DNA of 64,000 bases from Vitrella brassicaformis CCMP3155. Lineage: Eukaryota > Protista > Chromerida. Positions 49,437-60,048 of the stretch are shown here, piece by piece (within the stretch, counting starts at the first letter, position 1; every line of letters starts with the position of its first letter). The stretch is taken from assembly GCA_001179505.1 (NCBI GenBank), contig CDMY01000397.1, positions 23,552 to 87,551 of the forward strand, written 5' to 3'. The notes under the pieces were generated by a model that saw only the letters and a list, made by a program, of their open reading frames with translations, was not told the DNA's origin and did not search any database. The position numbers and the translations under genes are program-made.

Positions 49437-50780
49437 CATGTCTGTATGTGTGTATGTGTGCATGGAAAGGGGCGGGAGAGAGAGAGAGAGAGAGATTAAA
49501 CCCACTTGGCCGATCCACAACACACACACACATGAACAGGGAGGGAGAGAGAGAGATCGGCCTCGCTCTGTGTGCCGCCGTGTGTCTGTGCAGCACCACA
49601 CGACGGCCGGCCATGCAGGTACCACAGGACAGACAGCCGAGGTACCTTGACATACACACATACCTACAGGCCATCATGATCAATCAATCAAGACGACCTA
49701 TCTGTCATCGATCGTACAAATAATATGGGCGAGGAGCCGTCTGCAAGGGCCACAGCGCCACAGCGCCACCCCCCCTGCCTGTCTGTCTGTCTGGTGGCTG
49801 ACATGGTGCGGGGGCACATGCGTGTGTGTAACACCTCAGACACATGAGGCCTGCCAGGCAGCCAGCCAGCCATCGAGATGACAAGACGGACAAAGAGGGC
49901 GACCACTGCAGCACATCGGCCACTCTGTCATGATCCCACGGCAGCGCTCTCCCACACCACATAAAAGCTTTGTGGCAGCATCAAATCAGCCACGCCGCCA
50001 ACACGACAGAAAACGGCGGGAGAGAGAGAGAGAGAGAGAGTGTGAGAAAGAGAGAGGGCGCGAAGGACCTACCACACAAGTGAGGGAAAAACGGCAGGGC
50101 GGAGACAAACGTGCCACGCCTGCCTGTCTGTCTGTCTGTCTGTCTGTCACTAAGCCTACAAAACGCGCGAGCCGCCGAGGCAGAACCTTCCTCGCGCAGT
50201 CAGTGAGTCACCCAGCAAGAAGGTCAGCCGATCGATGCCACCCGCAGCCGACACACGCAGTCATGTCAGGCAGCACACACACGCATCACCGCTCCGCCGG
50301 CCCATCCCTTTCCCACGGGTGTGTGGGTCGGTAATGAGCCGATGGACGCACGAAAGAAAGCACCTTCACCCGCATACATACATCAACACACGTACGTACC
50401 TACGTACCTACACGCCATCAATCAATCAATACGAACGAACGAACAAACACCGTAGCTACGGACGGACGTACAAACAAACAAACAAAGGCATTGCATGTGG
50501 TCGGCCGACCGACCGCAGTGAGGGAGTGCAATTGAATGGCCACCTCCCTCCCTCCCTCTGTCGTCTGTCCCTCTGTCTTTGAGCCGACCTGTCCGTCGGT
50601 CGCTTGACAACACACACCACACACGTGCCGTGAACACGCCGCCAACACGACAAAACGGCGGGAGAAGGGGAGAGAGAGAGAGACTGAGGGACGTATCATA
50701 TAAGTGAGGGAAAAACGGCAGGGCGGGACTGACTTGCCACGTTTGTCTGTCTGTCTGCCTGCCTGCCTGGGTGGCGGCCC
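47000..50780. repeat. Non-coding mosaic array of about five degenerate modules interleaved with (GA)n and (TCTG)n tracts
   Basis: Core aaaacggcagg at ~47311, 48146, 49378, 50087 and 50711, each preceded by a (GA)n tract and followed by (TCTG)n. Other shared blocks recur (acggccggccatg, acgccgccaacacgac, aaaatcgccccctg, atgtggtcggccgacc). Confidence 0.8.
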
Positions 50781-50876
50781 ATCCCTTGACCACAGGTGGG
50801 GCGCGTATGTGTATGTGTGTGTGTATGTGTATGTGTATCTGGTGTGTTGTGTGTTGTGTGGTGTGGTGTGGGTCGG

Positions 50877-53248
50877 TCAGAGGCCGACGGGCGCCTCGGC
50901 AGCAGCGGACTCCTCGTCAGCAGCGGACTCGTCGGCAGCAGCGGACTCCTCGTCAGCAGCGGACTCGTCGGCAGCAGCGGACTCGTCGGCAGCAGCGGAC
51001 GCCTGGGCAGCAGCGGACGCCTGGGCAGTAGCGGACTCGTCGGCAATAGCGGACGCCTGGGCAGTAGCGGACTCGTCGGCAATAGCGGACTCGTCGTCAG
51101 CAGCGGACTCCTCGTCAGCAGCGGACTCGTCGGCAGCAGCGGACTCGTCGGCAGCAGCGGACGCCTGGGCAGCAGCGGACGCCTGGGCAGTAGCGGACTC
51201 GTCGGCAATAGCGGACGCCTGGGCAGTAGCGGACTCGTCGGCAATAGCGGACTCGTCGGCAGCAGCGGACTCGTCGGCAGCAGCGGACGCCTGGGCAATA
51301 GCGGACGCCTGGGCAGTAGCGGACTCGTCGGCAATAGCGGACGCCTGGGCAGTAGCGGACGCCTGGGCAGTAGCGGACTCGTCGGCAGTAGCGGACGCCT
51401 CGGCAGCAGCGGACGCCTGGGCAGCAGCGGCCTTGGGTCGGCCCCCCACCGGGCCCTCCGGCTCCAGTATGCTCTTCCGGGGCAGTCCGGGAGCGGACGG
51501 GTCGCCGAGCTCGGCGGTGACCCAGCGGATGGTGGCCTTGGTGGGGTCGGCGAGGCTGCCGGCGTCGGTGAAGTACGTGGTGAAGTCGAAGTTGTACGAC
51601 CAGCTGGCCTTCAAAGGTCGTGCTGTCGGCCGGAATGGTCTCGGTCTCGTTGTTGTCCTTGGTGACGACGATCGACGTCACGCCACTGAAGTCGTACGTC
51701 ACCTTCTCGGCCTTGATCCAGCTCAGCTCGTTGGCCAAGTGCGTCGCCGAGTGCTGAAAGGGACACAGGGCGGCGCAGGGGTTGAAGACGATCTTCGAGC
51801 TGAACTCGCCTCCCTCGAACCTGCAGCGCGCACACACAAACAGATGCACCCATTCATGTTCGTGCGGGTGTGTGTGCGTTCGTGTGCCATCGCCTTCCCC
51901 CCCTTGCTCACCCAATCTTGGCCATGGGGACTCCGCCGCAGATGACGGTCAGACCGAACTCAGCATCGGGGTTGGTGTTGAGCTGCTGCATGTCGATGCA
52001 GTCGCTCTGCTGGCGGGTCTGCTCAGACTTGCCGATGTCCGCGTCGCCCACGTCCAGCACGGAGAGAAAGAGGGAGTGCACGGTGGAATTGTAGAGGCTG
52101 TGCTGGCGCTCTGCCACTGCCAGCCGTGTCGAGTCGCCGGAGAAGTCCGTGGGCCAGGGTATGACCGTCCAAGGGGGAACACCGTCGTCCCAGCCCGGCA
52201 CGCACACGGAATCCCACTTGTGGAAGGGGAGGTGTGTGTTGACGGGCAGCTCCACCTCCTCCCCCTGGTTGTTGGTGTCCTCCATCGTCCAGCTGGTCCG
52301 GCAGTTGGGGCGGACGATCATGTCGACAGTCGTCACCGCCGTCTCGCTGGGCGTATGGACGGCGTGCTTGACCTGCACGTTGCGGATCGTGCAGGGGCAG
52401 TCCCTCGAGTGGCAGAAGGCCGTGAGCGTGAAGCTGTCGGGCCACTCGGGCGTCGGCGACAGGGACCAGCTGGTGTGGATCGTCGGGCGCTCGCCGCTGA
52501 CCTCCCTCGGGATGGGTAGGTCGTTGATGTAGTCGGCGCAGCCGATCGGGTCGGGGCGGCAGGTGATCTTGGTGGCGTTCGGGACGACGAACTGAATGCA
52601 GCTGATCTTCTCGATGGGCAGGTCGGTGCTCACACACGGCGGATACTTGTTGGGGTCGCTGCCCGTGGTGTCGACCTGGAACTCGATGATGCCACCGCCC
52701 CGGCACATGCGCCTCAGTCTGCACACAGATGCAGACGTACATATGACATACACACACAGACAGCACAACAGTGAGAGAGAGGGGTCTGTCTGGTGTCTTG
52801 CTTTCCTTTCCTTCTTTCCGTGTCGTGTCGCCCCGCCTCACCTTTTGTCGTCCTGCGGTAGGAAGACTCGGATCATCATCTGAAGACGGCCCGTGCCCTC
52901 GCGACAGCCCTGACCGAAGAAGCCTTCCGGCACCAGCACCCACAGCCGGCCACCCATCCAGCACCAGTCCCAGGGCTCGACCTCCCCGTCCGTGCCGATC
53001 AGCGTGACGCCTCTCTCGATGGGTTCGTTGGGGACGTGGTTCATCCCCAGCCACACCGCCACGTCACGCTTCGGGCAGTCGCATGCCGTCTGCATCCGCA
53101 CGAGCCCGCACAGAGGAGTGCTTGACGCCGCCGGCAAATCGAGCTTCAAGGTGTACTTGGGCATCCAAGTCATGTCCTTCACGGCGACCTCGTATCCTGG
53201 GTATGCAAAGGGCCGAGGGTGGCCGTCGTCGTCGAGTTGGCGAGTCAT
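50877..53248 (-). CDS. Cys-containing beta-rich protein with C-terminal Ala/Asp/Glu/Ser hexapeptide repeats; apparent +1 frameshift at ~51613-51615 (pseudogene or assembly indel)
   Basis: In-frame introns join MTRQLDDDG...PQDDK|RLRRMCRGGGIIEF...MAKIG|FEGGEFSSK...ADSTT. The GC3-rich frame then continues one base shifted as KASWSYNFDF...(AADESA)n...PVGL*. The start may lie further upstream (frame open to 53416). Confidence 0.65.
50896..51430 (-). repeat. 18-bp coding minisatellite, about 29 units (AADESA/TAQASA/IADESA/ADEESA)
   Basis: Units such as gcagcggactcgtcggca and gtagcggacgcctgggca on the + strand. Units were counted from the translated ORF. Confidence 0.95.
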
Positions 53249-53542
53249 GGGCGCAGATCTCAGCTGATATCCGGACCTCCGGGACCCCTCCCGGAAAGCA
53301 GAAGCGGATCTTTCCCGGCGTTCTGTCGCGGAAGCTCGCTCAGAAGCTCGCCGAGGAAGAGGGAGGAAGGATAGGCTCATCCATGCACTCATCCACGATG
53401 GACTGAAGGCCGACACACAAGGTGAGTCAAAGGGGGAGAACCAATAGGCAATGACGCATTTGTTGATTTGGTCGTGCCTGTCGGTTCAGGCTGAAGGATG
53501 GTTCGCCTCTACCTCGGCAGATGAACTGCAGATGAGCTGCAG

Positions 53543-56500
53543 ATGAGCGCCTCTGTCGCATCCGGCAGCAGCAGTGCGGCACAGCCCCACACGGCACGGC
53601 TCTTCATCGATGACATCACTGAGCCGTACAGGGTCAAGTTTCTCGCGGAGGGAGCCATGGGATCGGCATGGCTGCTCGATGCCGACATCAGTCCCGTGGT
53701 GTTCAAGGTCTTCCCTTTCAGTAGAGAGCTCGAGGCCAAGCTGGAGGCCGAGCACCTCGACAAAGCGGAGAAGGGTGGCCTTGAGCGTGGCGGCGGCAGC
53801 GAGGCGTGGACGCCATTTGTGAGGCCCTTCTGCGATGAAGCTCTTCAAGGCACCCTGGTCCGCACCGGCAGCAGCGAGCAGCGAGTCCATATCGTCATCA
53901 TGGAGCACCTTGGTAACCAGCACACACCGTCCTCACCCAGCCACGAATCCATCAGTCACAAGCAGCACAGCACAGCACAGCACACCCACACTGACTGCAT
54001 TGCGTTTCCTTTTCCTGGTGTGGTGTGGTGTGCTTGGTGTGCTGCTTGCTCCCTCATGGATGCCTTCAGGCACGGGCTGGCAGTCCATCACGACTCTGCT
54101 CAGGACGTGCAACCTGCGCTCCCTGAGGACCAGGCTGCTGCAGCGATCCATTCAAGTAGGTGCCGTCCTCACCGCCCTGCGGAAGCTCCTGGCGATCCAC
54201 ATCCTCAGTGGCCGGGCACGCAAGAGGGCCGTCAAGGAGCTGCGGCTGCTGGGCACCGACCATGCAGTGAGCGACTACTATTTCCTCAATTCGGCCCTCC
54301 TCGCCCTCACCATCCCCCGCCTCCAGAAGGACAAGGTGACGACGTCCATGCTGCCTTCGGGCGCACCTCCCTCTGCCGTGTACATAGACCTTGTCAATGT
54401 GCTGCTCCTCAAGACGCCCGACGACGTCAAGAAGTCCCTGGAGGCCATGTACCCCGACGCCACACTCACGCTGCCCGCGTGCCTCACCTCCCCCCTCCCG
54501 GGCAGCGCACCCGGCCCGTCGCATTCATGCCCTTCGCCCTGGCCACGCGCCGAGCCATCAAGCAGCTGCCGGCGGGCAAGGCGGGGGAGGAGGCCCCGGA
54601 GACCGGCGTGGCCTCCCTGTGGCAGTGGAAGGCGGACAATAGGGGGCTCGGCCCTGATGACACAGCCCGCCGCAGCATGTTCGAGGGCCTCTACGCCCAG
54701 CTGGAGGGCTTCTTGGCGGCGTGCGAGAGTGCGGGGCGCGTCGTCAAGGAGGGTGAGAGGGCCGTGGGCATCATTCTCGACGGAGAAAAAGTAGCGGTGT
54801 TCCACTTCGGCCTCGAGATCCAGCACGGATTGCTGGGGATGGACTTGATCCAATTCATGACGAGCACTCGGCCTGAGGGCGATGCATTCGATGACAGCGA
54901 GCTCGAGACGGCTTACTGGAAGCGCCTCATGCTCGACTGGCCGCACACCCTCCAGCAGATGTGCACCGATCATGGGATCGGTCGCATGGAGCCACGCGGT
55001 GACGGCCTGATACTGCACGACACCCCGGCCGCACAGGCATTCCCCATACTCGGCAACATTGTCGAGTACGTCCAGGGCGTCCTGGGGGAGGTGTCGCTCA
55101 CGGCGCTGCACCTGCTCCCCGACAGCAGGTGCGATTTGGATAACATGCTAGAGCCGCTCATGAAGGCACTGCACGTCATCAACAGCCCGCAGGTCGACAG
55201 CCTGGTGCTCAACCCGAGCCCCGCAGAGAGCCTCCAGCTGCCCACAGGAGCCAAGCGGCTCATCCTGACGCCCAAGGAGAAAGATGACTGGAACAAGGTA
55301 CGCACACGGGCGGTATATATCGTTGGGTGCGTGGGTGAGTGGGGCGGGTGCCACAATTGTTGGTCTCTCTCTCTCTCTCTGTGCGTGTGTGTGTGTGTGT
55401 GTGTGCAGATGTTGAAGACCCGGCCTGCCGCACCATCAGGCGCCGCGACATTCCAGAAGGTGAGAGAGAGAGAGAGAGAGGAAGAAAACTGCCTGTGGAT
55501 GGATGGATGTCTTCACATTTATATGATGCATATATGTGTGTCTTGCTTGACAGATCATCAAGGGCAGGTTGTCTGGTGTCGACGGCGTTCCCGCCGCTGC
55601 GGCCGCGGCAGCGTCACCATCGAGCAGCGAAGACTCACGCAGCGTGAAGCCACCTGCTGACGAGCCACCACCTGCTGAAGCCCCTTCTCGCATGTCCGAC
55701 AGCCGCCCTGATGGCGCCGCCTTGCCACTGGCAGCTGCGGCCTCATCGGCTGTCTCTGTGGCGGCCAAGGCGGTCGAGCAGACGACACCACGGCTGGTCG
55801 AAGCGGGGCGGCTGGAGTTGCAGGAGCAGCAGCCGCAGCCAGAGACAGAGGGAGGGACAGCTACTGGAGATCGTCAGGTACGTACGTACGCCTCCATGCG
55901 CACACTGAATGGGCAGCCAGACACTCACACACAAATACATTGACACATAGATCCGTGTGGGTGCCCTGTTTTGCTCTCACGTGCATGCAGGCATCAGATC
56001 ACCCCCATCTCCCCCCCACGCTGCCCCCGCTGTCCATCGCCCCGCCCCCCTCTCTGCACGAGGGAGCACCTACACTGTCATCGGCAGCAGCAGCAACAGC
56101 AGCACCGGCCGTAGTATCGCCGCAAGCAGTAGCACCTGAGGGAGCCGGGGGGGGCAACCTGCGGACGACAGCAGTGCGGATTCCATCGCAGCAGCAGCAG
56201 CAGCAGCAGGAGGGAGGAGGGACAAGCGAGACGTCGACGGACGAGGGGCTTTTTCTGCCCCTGTATCAAGATTTTCTACAGCAGCTGAGGAACGTCTCAG
56301 CCTCGGACCTCTCTGAGGAGTCGCACCGTAAGTCAGCTCTGCCACGGTCTCTATGGACGGACAGCGTATCCGTCTGCGTATGTGTGTGCAGAGGCACAGA
56401 TGGCTGTGTTGCGCGACCGACTGCAGCACTTGACACATCAGGACAACCAACAGCAGGTACACACAGCAGCAGCCACCGGCACAGGCAGGCACATGTACCA

Positions 56501-57109
56501 GCCCAGACGGTCTCTCCCTTAATGTTATGCACAGGCGCCTGTCGGCAGCGCAGCCGTGTCTGCACCCGCTGCTGGCGGCCCCTCGACGAGCTCTTCTCGT
56601 GTTGTCAACCTCCCTGTAAGCAGGACGTCTCTTCACACATGAGCCACCGATCTGTCCGTCCACTGACTGCACTCACTGCGTCCATCCGTGTCGGTCTGCG
56701 CCTTACTTAGGTGAGTGCCGCGACGCCCGGCCCGGCACACGACTACCTGATGCCCAACATAGCCAGCCACTTCTACCCACAGCCCCCTCCCATCTTACCC
56801 CCCCACCCGTCTCTGTTTGCCGCCCAGCCATCGCCCCCCGCTGCCCCGCCCCACCTCATTGCACTCCCTCACCCTGGTACCGGGCGGTTTGGCAGTGCAT
56901 CGCCCGGCCCGCCCTTAGTGCTGACGTCGCCACACCGCCCCGCACCGGCCCCAGCACATGTGAACCAACAGCCACCACCAGTGCAGCAGTATCACGTGCA
57001 CCACGGCGCCACGGCCAACACGGCTGGGCGGACAGATGGAGTGATGTGGCCGTGGGCGGCGGGTGGCAGCCGTGCTGCACAAGGGGAGGGCAGCCGGCAG
57101 CGAGGCTGA
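53543..57109 (+). CDS. Highly divergent protein-kinase-like gene fused by splicing to the Pro/Ala/His-rich cassette; apparent -1 frameshift near 54500
   Basis: N-lobe LAEGAMGSAW, VVFK, EAEHL and hinge IVIMEHL. DYYFLN (DxxxxN spacing, 54273-54290) and VYIDL (54378-54392). Downstream exons join in frame to the SDSRPDG..AVEQTT..EQQPQ module homologous to 1560-1790. Confidence 0.5.
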
Positions 57110-57465
57110 AGAGACTAACTTGCACACATAGATAGACTGACTGGTGGGTGGGTGGGTGGGTGAGTGAGTGGGTGGGTGACGTAGCAGCTACACATACAAA
57201 CATACTGGCGGGGGCGGTGGGCACGTCAATGGCTGTCTGGGATGGGATGCACGTGCGTGTGCGCGGCGTGTGTGGCTGTCTAGGATGCACGTGTGTCTGC
57301 GGCGTGTGTGGCTGTCTGCGTCGCTTTGTGTGTGTGATTGGGTGTGGATAATGACGATGAACAAACAGGTGGGCTGTCCGTTTGACCGTGTGTGTCAGAG
57401 GTATCGCTGGGCGTGTCGGTCACCGGCACACTCACTGGTGATGTGCATAGACTCATCGATGCGCT

Positions 57466-57511
57466 GCAATGCAATGCAATGGAATGCAATGCAATGCAAT
57501 GGAATGCAATA
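57466..57511. repeat. (AATGC)n/(AATGG) pentanucleotide microsatellite
   Basis: ctgcaatgcaatgcaatggaatgcaatgcaatgcaatggaatgcaat; a shorter relative occurs at ~63915-63947. Confidence 0.85.
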
Positions 57512-57754
57512 GGCCCCGGCACACAACCAAGTGTCAAAACGCCACAAACAAACAGCTGCGGCTGCAAGAGAGAGGAACTGCGAGCCAAGAGCGCGCGATC
57601 GCCCAGAGAAGCACCGAAGGAGCTCTGTGCGTGCCACAGTGCCCCCGTCTGCCTCTGTCGCTGCTGCTGTCGCACTTGTTGCTGCTGTGCCGTCCCGTCC
57701 CCCTCTCTGTGTCTGTCTGTCGCCCCGCCCCTCTCTGTTGCCCCAGCTGTCGCC

Positions 57755-58631
57755 ATGCCCAAGCTGCCCAAATACGTCCTCAAGCCCAGGGACCCGGAGG
57801 AGGTCAGCTGGCCCAACTTCGAGGACGACGAGGACACGTTTTGGACCAACTACGCCATATTGAGGGTCTACTATCACGAGGTGCGCAGAAAGACCCAATG
57901 AGAGGGACAGAGGGAGAGCCGTCACGTCTGTGCTGTTTGCTGTGTCCTGCAGGAGCTCAAGAAGCGGCTGAGCCGCATGTCGCCCGAGGAGGTCACCCGC
58001 TGCGAGGAGCTGGCCATGAAAGGGATCATCGAAATCGAGCGGGTAACACTTTCCCTGCGCACCACATCGTCACCTGACTGCCATGTGTGCCGTGTGTGGT
58101 GTTGTTCAGAAGCGGGCCGAGCGACGGGCCAAGGAGAGGGCGGAGCTCGAGGCCGAGATCGCCCGCGTCGAGGCTAGGATCGCCCGCCGCGAAGCCGCCG
58201 CCCAGGCATCCCGCCCACACGCCATCCCCACCACGGCCGCCACCATCGCCTACCCGCCCCTTATCTACCCCTACACGCCCACCCACCTCCCGATGGCCCC
58301 ACCACAGCCACACACCAGCCACCAGCACCATCCGGAGGCGTCCCCCCACCCCATCCACCACACCCAGGCCGAGGGCATCGGCTTCGAGGCCTTCAAGGCC
58401 AAGTGGGTGCGGGTGGACGCCCCGGTGGAGGCCGGCTGGTACAAGAGCGAGGCCAGCGGCGTGTGGGAGCTGTGGGAGGCGACCGACCACCCTTTGCTGT
58501 ACGAGGTGCGGGCGGCCGGCCAGGACGTCTGCACCGCGGTGGCATTCGGGTGGTCGGCGGCCTGCCACGCCGCCGAGTCCGTGGGGGCCGCCTTCTGCCG
58601 GGCGGTGAAGAGCTGCTGCGGAGGCCAGTGA
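57755..58631 (+). CDS. Hypothetical protein (3 exons) with a coiled coil and a Pro/His-rich linker
   Basis: MPKLPKYVLKPRDPEEVSWPNFEDDEDTFWTNYAILRVYYHE|ELKKRLSRM...IEIER|KRAERRAKERAELEAEIARVEAR...KSCCGGQ*, with strongly GC3-biased codons. Confidence 0.75.
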
Positions 58632-59130
58632 CCGGGAGGGCGGGGGGGAGAGAGTTAGATTGTGTGAGTGCATGTTGGGGGCCGATCCGTCTGTCTGTCT
58701 GTCTGTGAGTGAGTGAGTGAGTGAGAGAGGGGGCCGCTCTGTCAGTCTGTCTGTCTGTTAACGCTCTGTGAGGCCGGAGGGGGGGAGCGATCTGTGTGTG
58801 TCGCCAGCCACCCGAGCAGCAGCAGCAGCAGCCCTTCGTCGACTTGCTTCGCGTCAAGAGTGAGGACTTCAAGGAGCTCTCCACACCCCGATCAGACGCA
58901 GCACCCGACCAGCCACCCGAGCAGCAACAGCAGCAGCAGCAGCCCCTCGTCGACCGAGAGGGCGACGTGAACATGGCCACCGCGTCTTCTTCTTCGTCCT
59001 CAACAGGCGCCACCGCTGCTGGTGGTGGCGACGGCAACACCAATGCCATCGACTCCACATGCGACAATGACCTCTACGAGAACTTGCCCCCACCAGCACC
59101 AGCGATAGCCTCCTCTACGGCTCATGCAAG

Positions 59131-60048
59131 ATGACACACTACACGTCATTCAACGGCTCCTTCGGGGGCGGCAGCGGTGGTCTGGACGGTCTGTCGTCGA
59201 GTCGCGGGTCGTCCTCCCGCCAGTCGAAGCTCTACACCGACGACCTGGGCTACGCGCTGTACGACATGATCTCGCCATGGAGGGCCTCCATGGGCGACGT
59301 CCACACCAACGACGACATACTCATCGAGCTGCACGACGCGGACCATGACGGCTGTGAGGACGGACTCATCACCATACTCGTCGCACCCAAGTGAGCACTG
59401 ACACTGACACACACACATCATCGATGTGGTGCACATAGATGATCCCTCACGTGTGTCCGTCGTCCGTCAGGCTGAAGGCATCCCGTCCGTGGTCGAGTCT
59501 GAGTGAGGCAGAGAGGCGCTTCTGGTGCGGCGACGGCAATGGGCTGTCTATCGGCATGGGGGGAGACAATCACCTGGACCAGCAGGACACCACCAATGAC
59601 AATGACGACAATGGCTCGACAGCCCCACGACGGGCCTCACGGGGCTCTTCGGCAATGACAACAACGGCGACTCGGGCAGCGCATGGGGCAACAACGGGCA
59701 GAGGAACAACTTCGGAAACAGGCGATCTGGTCCGTCACACAACCAGGAAGACGGAGGAGAATGGCGAGCAGTGTGTGTGGGGGTGTGTGTGTGTGCAGGT
59801 GTGGGCGGCCAGTCCATGTCGACAACCCGTCCGTCCAACGAGCGTGGCATCAAGATCGAGATCAAGAAGCAGATGCTCGACGCGTCCATCATCAACAGCA
59901 CCACAGCAGACGCCGCCGGCATCGGCAACGCCACAGCCTCCCCCCCTCCCGAGGCACCCGACCCAGCACCCCCTCCCCTACTCAGTGGCAGCCCCCTGAC
60001 CACACAGACCACCACCACCACAACACCAGCAACACCAGCAGCAGGATG
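59131..60048 (+). pseudogene. Hypothetical Gly/Asn/Thr-rich gene, copy 1 of the tandem duplication, with an apparent 2-nt insertion at 59616-59617
   Basis: Exons MTHYTSF...ILVAPK|LKASRPW...DDNG-(shift)-DSPTTGLTGLFG...NRRSG|VGGQSMSTTRPSNERGIKIEIKKQMLDASII...AAG*. Copy 2 (~60900) reads aacggcgacagcc without the extra tc. Confidence 0.45.

Noticed and set aside
50896-51430. Possible CRISPR-like array
   Set aside because: Units are contiguous 18-mers with no unique spacers, the context is eukaryotic, and no cas genes are present.
50696-51945. Long ORFs in other frames over the 18-bp repeat (LLPTSP/LLPRRP, GSSGLV, AADSSA)
   Set aside because: The repeat unit lacks stop codons in most frames. Only the minus-strand AADESA frame connects to GC3-biased unique coding sequence.
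53420-53460. TGAGTCA, CCAAT and TGACGCA words in a divergent spacer
   Set aside because: Short motifs expected by chance, no evidence these factors act here, and gtgagt may simply be a splice donor.
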